64,000 nucleotides of DNA, taken from Longimicrobiales bacterium. GTDB taxonomy: Bacteria; Gemmatimonadota; Gemmatimonadetes; Longimicrobiales; Gaopeijiaceae. The notes beneath the pieces were generated by a model. It saw nothing but the letters and a program-made list of their open reading frames with translations. It was not told where the DNA came from and did no database searches. Each line of letters opens with the position of its first letter. Positions within the stretch are counted from its first letter, which is position 1. Positions 58,299 to 64,000 of this stretch are shown one piece after another. Location: contig CBDDCX010000006.1 in assembly GCA_965226375.1 (NCBI GenBank), positions 160,001 through 224,000 of the forward strand, written 5' to 3'. Made by a program: the position numbers and the translations under genes.

Positions 58299-60398
58299 AT
58301 GGCGTCCGCCAAGGAGTATACAACGGACAACATCAGGAACGTCGTGGTTCTGGGCCACGGCGGAGCCGGCAAGACGAGCCTGATCGATTCGCTGTGCTGG
58401 ACGGCGGGTACGTCCAAGCGGAAGGGCAACGTGAGCGAGGGTCATGCCCTGACCATGTTCACCCCGGAAGAGGCGACCCACGAGATGTCCCTGCAGTGCA
58501 CGCCGGCGTACTGCGAGCATATGGGCGTCAAGATCAACCTCCTCGACACACCCGGATTCATGGATTTCGTGGGCGAGACCCTGTCTGCTGTCCGCGTCGC
58601 CGACTCCGCGGTCATTGTAGTCGGCGCCACCTCCGGCGTTGAGGTGGGCACCGAGACCGTCTGGGAGTACGTGGAGGACCGGGGCATTCCCCGGTTCTTT
58701 TTTGTGTCGATGATGGATAAGGACATGGCTTCCTTCGACAAGGTCTACGCCGAGATCAAGTCGCGGCTGACCGAGAAGGTCATTCCCGTCGAGATTCCGA
58801 TCGGCGAGGGCGCTGACTTCCGCGGCATCATCAACCTCTTCAGCGAGCGGGCCCACATCTACAAGAAGGGTACCGAGACGGGTGAGTACGAAGAGGCGGA
58901 CATTCCCGAGGAGCTTCAGGCAAAGTTCGAGGAGTGGGAGACCGAGCTACAGGAGACGTTGGCCACCACCAACGAAGATCTCCTCGAGCGTTACCTGGAG
59001 GGAGAGAAGATCTCCCGAGAAGAGGCCATCGAGGCGATGGCTCTGGGTATGGCGCGTGGTGACGTGGTGCCGCTCTTCTGCGGCTCCTCCGAGCACTCGT
59101 ACGGCATGCGGGCACTGCTCAAGAAGATCGTGGAGTTGTGCCCCAGCCCGGCCGAAACAGGCGGCGAGAACGCCAAGCGGGCCGGCATGGACGAAGAGAT
59201 CCATCTGGCCCCCTCCGACGACGAAACCTTCTCGGCGCTCATCTTCAAGACGGCGGCCGAGCCCCACGTGGGCGAGCTCTCCTTTTTCCGGGTGGTGAGC
59301 GGGACCGTGGCCAATGGGTCCGAGGTCCTGAACGGAGAGCGTGGAACCACAGAGAAGCTGAACCATCTCTCCATCGCCATGGGTAAGGACCGCTTCGAGG
59401 TCGCGAAGCTGCATGCCGGCGACATAGGGGTGGTGGCCAAGCTCAAGCACTCTCACACCAACGACACGCTGACCTCTCCGTCGCGTCCCGTGGTGCTCGA
59501 GAAGATCGACCTTCCCAAGCCCGAAATCGCGGTTGCGATCAAGGGCACGGCCAGGCACGACGAAGACAAGCTGGGCGAGGTCCTGCCGAAGCTCCACGAA
59601 GAGGACCCGACCTTCGTGGCCGAGTTCGACTCGGAGCTTCATCAGACCATCGCCCGAGGGCTCGGTGAACTCCATCTCGACGTCCAGATCGAGCGCATGA
59701 AGCGCAAATACGGGGTGTCCGTGGAGATTGAGCAGCCCAAGATCGCCTACCGTGAGACCATCACGAAGGGCGCCCAGGGCCGGGGCCGGCACAAGAAGCA
59801 GTCGGGCGGCCGTGGTCAGTTCGGCGACTGCCACATCCGCCTGAAACCTCGTGCGTCGGGTGAAGGCTACGAGTTCAAGAACTCCATCAAGGGCGGCGTC
59901 ATTCCCGGCAAGTTCATACCGAGTGTCGACAGAGGCATCCGGGAGGCCGCGGCGAAGGGTGTCCTTGCCGGTTTCAAGCTGGTCGACTTCGAGGCGGAGT
60001 GCTACGACGGCTCCTACCACTCGGTCGATTCCAGCGACATCGCCTTCAAGCTGGCCGGATCCGCAGCCTTCAAGAACGTGGCGGCGGACTGCGGCCCGGT
60101 CATCCTCGAGCCTATCGTCGAGGTGGCGGTGACGACCCCCGACGACTACGTGGGCGACATCATGAGCGACATGAACCAGCGTCGCGGCAAGGTCCTGGGG
60201 ATGGATCCCGTGGATGGCCGCACTACCGTGAAGGCGCTCGTACCCGAGTCGGAGTTGTACAAGTACGCGACGTCACTCCGGGCCATCACGCAGGGCAGGG
60301 CGCATCATACGCGGACGTTTTCCGGGTATGAGCCGGTGCCGCCGCATGAGGTGTCCAAGGTGATCAAGGCCACGAAGGAGGAAGCGGAAGCGCACTGA
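58299..60398 (+). CDS. fusA: Elongation factor G, EF-G2-like paralog
   Basis: 'IRNV..LGHGGAGKTS', 'DTPG', 'GLGELHL', 'HKKQSGGRGQFG', 'GSYHSVDSS'; not located in an str operon. Confidence 0.92.
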   Translation: MASAKEYTTDNIRNVVVLGHGGAGKTSLIDSLCWTAGTSKRKGNVSEGHALTMFTPEEATHEMSLQCTPAYCEHMGVKINLLDTPGFMDFVGETLSAVRVADSAVIVVGATSGVEVGTETVWEYVEDRGIPRFFFVSMMDKDMASFDKVYAEIKSRLTEKVIPVEIPIGEGADFRGIINLFSERAHIYKKGTETGEYEEADIPEELQAKFEEWETELQETLATTNEDLLERYLEGEKISREEAIEAMALGMARGDVVPLFCGSSEHSYGMRALLKKIVELCPSPAETGGENAKRAGMDEEIHLAPSDDETFSALIFKTAAEPHVGELSFFRVVSGTVANGSEVLNGERGTTEKLNHLSIAMGKDRFEVAKLHAGDIGVVAKLKHSHTNDTLTSPSRPVVLEKIDLPKPEIAVAIKGTARHDEDKLGEVLPKLHEEDPTFVAEFDSELHQTIARGLGELHLDVQIERMKRKYGVSVEIEQPKIAYRETITKGAQGRGRHKKQSGGRGQFGDCHIRLKPRASGEGYEFKNSIKGGVIPGKFIPSVDRGIREAAAKGVLAGFKLVDFEAECYDGSYHSVDSSDIAFKLAGSAAFKNVAADCGPVILEPIVEVAVTTPDDYVGDIMSDMNQRRGKVLGMDPVDGRTTVKALVPESELYKYATSLRAITQGRAHHTRTFSGYEPVPPHEVSKVIKATKEEAEAH

Positions 60399-60401
60399 GC
60401 C

Positions 60402-60480
60402 GGAGGAGGAGGCCACTCGCTCCGCGCTCCTGCAATCTGGGGATTGAATAGTCGCTGCGGAGCGAGTGGCCTCCTCCTCC
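60402..60480. repeat. 24-bp perfect inverted repeat with a 31-nt spacer
   Basis: GGAGGAGGAGGCCACTCGCTCCGC ... GCGGAGCGAGTGGCCTCCTCCTCC. Confidence 0.9.
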
Positions 60481-60626
60481 CTCGGGGGCGGGGCGATTGT
60501 TGCCGAGGGGCTTGGCCTCTTCATTGCGTTTTAGGGCGAGCTTGGGCGGGCTGAGATGCCGTCCGGCTTGAGTTTCCTTACTTTTACGACGACCCCACAT
60601 GATGGTACGTAGGCTGGAGGAGTGTA

Positions 60627-61376
60627 GTGTCCGGACATAGCAAGTGGTCTACGATCAAGCGCAAGAAGGCGGCGACGGACGCCAAGCGCGGGAAGATGTT
60701 CACCAAGCTGATCCGTGAGATCACGGTGGCGGCGCGCGACGGTGGGGGAGACCCCAACTTCAACCCGCGCCTGCGGCTGGCGGTGGACAACGCCAAGGCG
60801 GGCAACATGCCGTCGGACAACGTCACCCGGGCCATCAAGAAGGGTACGGGCGAGATCGAGGGTGTGGTCTACGAAGAGGTGACCTACGAGGGCTACGGCC
60901 CCGGCGGTGTGGCGCTCTACATCGACTGCCTCACCGACAACCAGAACCGGACCGTAGCCGACGTGCGCCACATCCTGACCAATCTGGGCGGGAGTCTGGG
61001 GACTACGGGCTCCGTGGCGTGGCAGTTCGCCCGGAAGGGTATGATCTACGTCGACGCGAGTCGCTTTACGGAAGACACCGTCTTCGAGGCGGCGATCGAG
61101 GTCGGCGCCGACGACGTGAGCAACGACGGGGAAGAATTCGTGGTGACCACCGAGGCCACCGCGTTCCATGAGGTGCAGGAGGGCTTGAAGGCCGCGGGAG
61201 TCGATTTCGAGCGGGCCGAGTTGCAGTGGGTGCCCCAGAACGAGGTGAAGGTCGAGGGCAAGGATGCGGAGAAGCTCATCCGGGTCGTGGACGCCCTCGA
61301 GGACTGCGACGACGTCCAGCAGGTCTCGTCCAACGGCGACATCGACGAAGAGATTCTCGCTCAGGCGATGGGGTAG
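60627..61376 (+). CDS. yebC: YebC/PmpR family protein
   Basis: 'MSGHSKWSTIKRKK', 'YEGYGPGGVA', 'LEDCDDVQQV'. Confidence 0.97.
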   Translation: MSGHSKWSTIKRKKAATDAKRGKMFTKLIREITVAARDGGGDPNFNPRLRLAVDNAKAGNMPSDNVTRAIKKGTGEIEGVVYEEVTYEGYGPGGVALYIDCLTDNQNRTVADVRHILTNLGGSLGTTGSVAWQFARKGMIYVDASRFTEDTVFEAAIEVGADDVSNDGEEFVVTTEATAFHEVQEGLKAAGVDFERAELQWVPQNEVKVEGKDAEKLIRVVDALEDCDDVQQVSSNGDIDEEILAQAMG

Positions 61377-61408
61377 GACACCACTACATGCCTATTGAAG
61401 GAGGATAG

Positions 61409-61900
61409 GTGGGCGCCGCACTCATACTGGGAATCGATCCGGGTACAGCCATCACGGGCTACGGCGTTGTCGCCAAGACGGGCGGCAACGCCGTTTCGTT
61501 GGTGGAATGCGGGGTGGTGAGGACCTCGGCCGGGGAGCCGCTCGCGGTTCGTATCATGGAGATCTTCAACGAGGTCTGTGAGCTTATTGACCGCCATAAT
61601 CCGTTGGTCATGGTGGTGGAGGACGTCTTCCAGGGGAAGAACGTGAAGAGCGCCCTCACCCTGGGACATGCCCGGGGAGCTATTCTCCTGGCCGGTGCGC
61701 TCCGAGAGATTCAGATCGCGGAGTACACACCCAGGGAGATCAAGAAGGCCGTGGTGGGAAACGGAAACGCAAGCAAGGACCAGGTGGCATTCATGGTGCA
61801 GCAACAGCTCAGACTGAAGACGCCTCCTTCGCCGGCCGACGCGGCCGACGGCGTGGCCGCCGCGCTGTGCTACTGCGTGATGGGAGCGCTGAGGGTATGA
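61409..61900 (+). CDS. ruvC: Holliday junction resolvase RuvC
   Basis: 'ILGIDPG', 'LGHARG', 'IKKAVVGNG.ASK.QV', 'DAADGVAAA'. Confidence 0.96.
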   Translation: MGAALILGIDPGTAITGYGVVAKTGGNAVSLVECGVVRTSAGEPLAVRIMEIFNEVCELIDRHNPLVMVVEDVFQGKNVKSALTLGHARGAILLAGALREIQIAEYTPREIKKAVVGNGNASKDQVAFMVQQQLRLKTPPSPADAADGVAAALCYCVMGALRV

Positions 61901-61976
61901 GCGCGCTGCGGGCGGGTTCGTACGTAGTGACGCGGGCGGGCCGTCGCATGTGCCAACGAGACAATGGGGTGCGTCC

Positions 61977-62567
61977 ATGATCAGCCGTCTCAAGGGGACG
62001 CTCGTCACCCGGGAGCTAGACCACATCGAGGTCGAGACCGCCGGGGGCGTGGTCTACCTGGTGCAGATCCCGCTCTCGATCCTGGAGCGGCTGCCCAAGC
62101 CGCCCGCCGCCGACTTCGAGATCCGCACGCTCCAGGTGGTTCGCGAGGACTCGCTCACGCTCTACGGCTTCATGGAGGCCTACGAGCGGGAGTTGTTCAG
62201 GCGGCTCCTGGGAGCCAAAGGGGTGGGACCGAGTATGGCTCTGGCCATGCTCTCCACATATTCGGCCCGCCGTCTCGCCAAGGCCCTGGCCGAGAAGGAC
62301 GTACCCGCGCTCACGCAGGTGAGCGGGGTAGGCAAGAAGACCGCCGAGCGCATCATCCTGGAACTCTCCGACAAGGTGGAGGACCTGGCAATCGGTCCCG
62401 AGGGTGAGCCGGGAGGACCCGCGCCCGGGGTGCAGGAGGCCGTGGCCGCCCTGGTGGCGTTGGGATACACCTTCGTGGACGCCGATGCGGCGGTTCGGGC
62501 GGCACTGGCCGAGGGCGAAGTCGAGAACACCGACGAGCTGATCCGCCGGGCTCTGGCGAAGCGCTGA
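61977..62567 (+). CDS. ruvA: Holliday junction branch migration protein RuvA
   Basis: 'MISRLKG', 'VREDSLTLYGF', 'GVGKKTAERIILEL', 'ALVALGY'. Confidence 0.96.
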   Translation: MISRLKGTLVTRELDHIEVETAGGVVYLVQIPLSILERLPKPPAADFEIRTLQVVREDSLTLYGFMEAYERELFRRLLGAKGVGPSMALAMLSTYSARRLAKALAEKDVPALTQVSGVGKKTAERIILELSDKVEDLAIGPEGEPGGPAPGVQEAVAALVALGYTFVDADAAVRAALAEGEVENTDELIRRALAKR

Positions 62568-62668
62568 TCATGGTCTTACCGAGTCCGTGAAGGAAGCGAC
62601 GATCCAGGCCCGGGGTATCATCCAGGCAGAGCTGCGGGCCAGAGACGGCGGACCATGACCGAGGCACC

Positions 62669-63709
62669 ATGACCGAACGACGCGAGATCACGACGCCCGA
62701 GGCGCTTCAGGAAGACGCCACCGTCGAGCCGTCCCTCAGGCCCCACCGCCTGGACGAGTTCATCGGCCAGGACAAGGTGCGCGAGACTCTGTCGATCGCC
62801 ATCGAGGCCGCGAAGCAGCGCAGGGAGCCGCTGGACCACCTGCTCTTCCATGGCCCGCCCGGGCTCGGGAAAACTACGCTCGCCTCGCTCATCGCCCGCG
62901 AGATGGGGGTCAGCTTCAAAAGCACGTCCGGCCCCGTCTTGGAAAAGCCTGCTGACCTCGTAGGCATGCTCACGAACCAGCAGGAGGGTGACGTCATCTT
63001 CATCGACGAGATCCACCGGCTCCGCCCCATCATCGAGGAGTTCCTCTACCCGGCCATGGAGGACTACCGGGTCGAGATCCGCCTGGCCGACGGCCCCCGG
63101 GCCCAGACCATGACCATGGACATCGAGAAGTTCACACTCGTGGGGGCCACGACGCGGTTCGGGCTTCTCACCGCGCCCATGCGGGCACGGTTCGGGATCA
63201 TCCAGAGGCTGAACTTCTACCCGCCCGAGGAGTTGGCGGTGATCGTGTCGCGGAGCGCGTACATCCTCGACGTGGAGTGCTCGACCGAGGGGACTGAGAT
63301 TCTGGCCCGGCGGGCGCGGGGGACTCCGCGAGTGGCGAACCGGCTGCTCAGGCGGGTCCGGGACTTTGCGCAGGTGAAGGCCGAGGGGATCATCACCACC
63401 CAGGTCGCCGAGGATGCGCTGGAGATGTTGGAGGTGGATCAGTACGGCCTGGACGAGATGGACGGGCGGGTGCTGAAGACGCTGATCGAGAAGTTCGAGG
63501 GCGGGCCGGTGGGGCTGGAGACGTTAGCCGTGGCGCTCGGTGAGGATGTGTCGACGCTGGAGGAGGTGTACGAGCCGTTCCTGATACAGGAAGGGTTTAT
63601 ACAGAGGACGCCGCGGGGGCGGGTGGCGACGGTGCGGGCGTATAAGCGGTTTGGGTATCAGGCGCCGAAGGAGGGTGAGGTGGGGGGGCAGTCGTCGCTG
63701 TTCGAGTAG
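62669..63709 (+). CDS. ruvB: Holliday junction helicase RuvB
   Basis: 'LRP..LDEFIGQ', 'GPPGLGKTT', 'FIDEIHR', '[11 protein letters not shown]', 'RTPRGR'. Confidence 0.98.
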   Translation: MTERREITTPEALQEDATVEPSLRPHRLDEFIGQDKVRETLSIAIEAAKQRREPLDHLLFHGPPGLGKTTLASLIAREMGVSFKSTSGPVLEKPADLVGMLTNQQEGDVIFIDEIHRLRPIIEEFLYPAMEDYRVEIRLADGPRAQTMTMDIEKFTLVGATTRFGLLTAPMRARFGIIQRLNFYPPEELAVIVSRSAYILDVECSTEGTEILARRARGTPRVANRLLRRVRDFAQVKAEGIITTQVAEDALEMLEVDQYGLDEMDGRVLKTLIEKFEGGPVGLETLAVALGEDVSTLEEVYEPFLIQEGFIQRTPRGRVATVRAYKRFGYQAPKEGEVGGQSSLFE

Positions 63710-63733
63710 GGGGATGGGGTTTGTGTAGTTGGG

Positions 63734-63831
63734 CGTTTCCGCGGAAACGTGGGGGCGGGTTGATACGGATTTGGGACGTTCGATGTAGTCGGGGCGGTGT
63801 TGCATTGCCGGAAGACGTTTCCGCGGAAACG
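63734..63831. repeat. Two copies of the 16-bp palindrome CGTTTCCGCGGAAACG
   Basis: 63734-63749 and 63816-63831, intergenic. Confidence 0.9.
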
Positions 63832-63924
63832 CGGGGGCGCTTTGATGTGTCGATCGGCGGCCGGGCGATTCCATGTGTCCTTGGGACCTGACGTAGGCGC
63901 GTGATGCGGGGGCTGGATCGGCGC

Positions 63925-64000
63925 GTGAAGGACGGGACGCGGGTTTCGGATTACGAGTACGAGCTTCCTCCCGGGCAGATCGCCCGATATCACGCTGAGC
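63925..64000 (+). CDS. queA: QueA (tRNA preQ1 ribosyltransferase-isomerase), 5' end only
   Basis: 'RVSDYEYELPPGQIARY' matches the QueA N-terminus; ruvB-queA adjacency is common; start may be 63901 or 63904. Confidence 0.7.
   Translation, partial: MKDGTRVSDYEYELPPGQIARYHAE

Noticed and set aside
58947..60020. Long antisense ORFs (also 10268-11521, 22763-23839, 49123-50241, 55667-56788, 57061-58089)
   Set aside because: Shadow ORFs expected from high-GC codon bias opposite well-supported genes; they contain no motifs.
58299..60398. Tetracycline ribosomal-protection protein
   Set aside because: Domain IV motifs (HKKQSGGRGQFG, GSYHSVDSS) and the yebC-ruv context fit a housekeeping EF-G2 paralog.

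Overview
High-GC bacterial chromosome segment. Gene content and the 'MSDPxxRLNAALEGRY' Ser/Thr kinase family suggest Gemmatimonadota (inference). Intact core genes flank the window: M16 subunit, ECF sigma/anti-sigma, holA, SPOR, copA, mutS, tonB, CBS and ddl on the left; rhomboid, EF-G2-like fusA, yebC, ruvCAB and the start of queA on the right. Between them lies a ~42-kb accessory region (~15.3-57.1 kb) bounded by paralogous kinase genes. It holds (i) a tandem array of receptor-like Ser/Thr kinases with beta-propeller sensors, and (ii) an apparent extracytoplasmic scavenging and catabolic locus: a TAXI-TRAP transporter, FAD oxidase, DHDPS-like and enolase-superfamily enzymes, a susC/susD remnant, four His-rich LVIVD-like beta-propeller paralogs, S9 and M28 peptidases, a FixLJ-like pair, a His-rich TPR protein and a VapBC pair. 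The most striking observation is two tandem S9-family paralogs that keep the nucleophilic Ser but have both replaced the catalytic Asp and His (His->Tyr) and share new CWGHC and ELxHIKLL motifs. The accessory region also carries many deletion scars (several with microhomology), 1-nt frameshifts and local duplications, while the core genes show none. No rRNA, tRNA, CRISPR array, integrase or transposase was recognised. All calls come from reading motifs by eye; no database searches were run.
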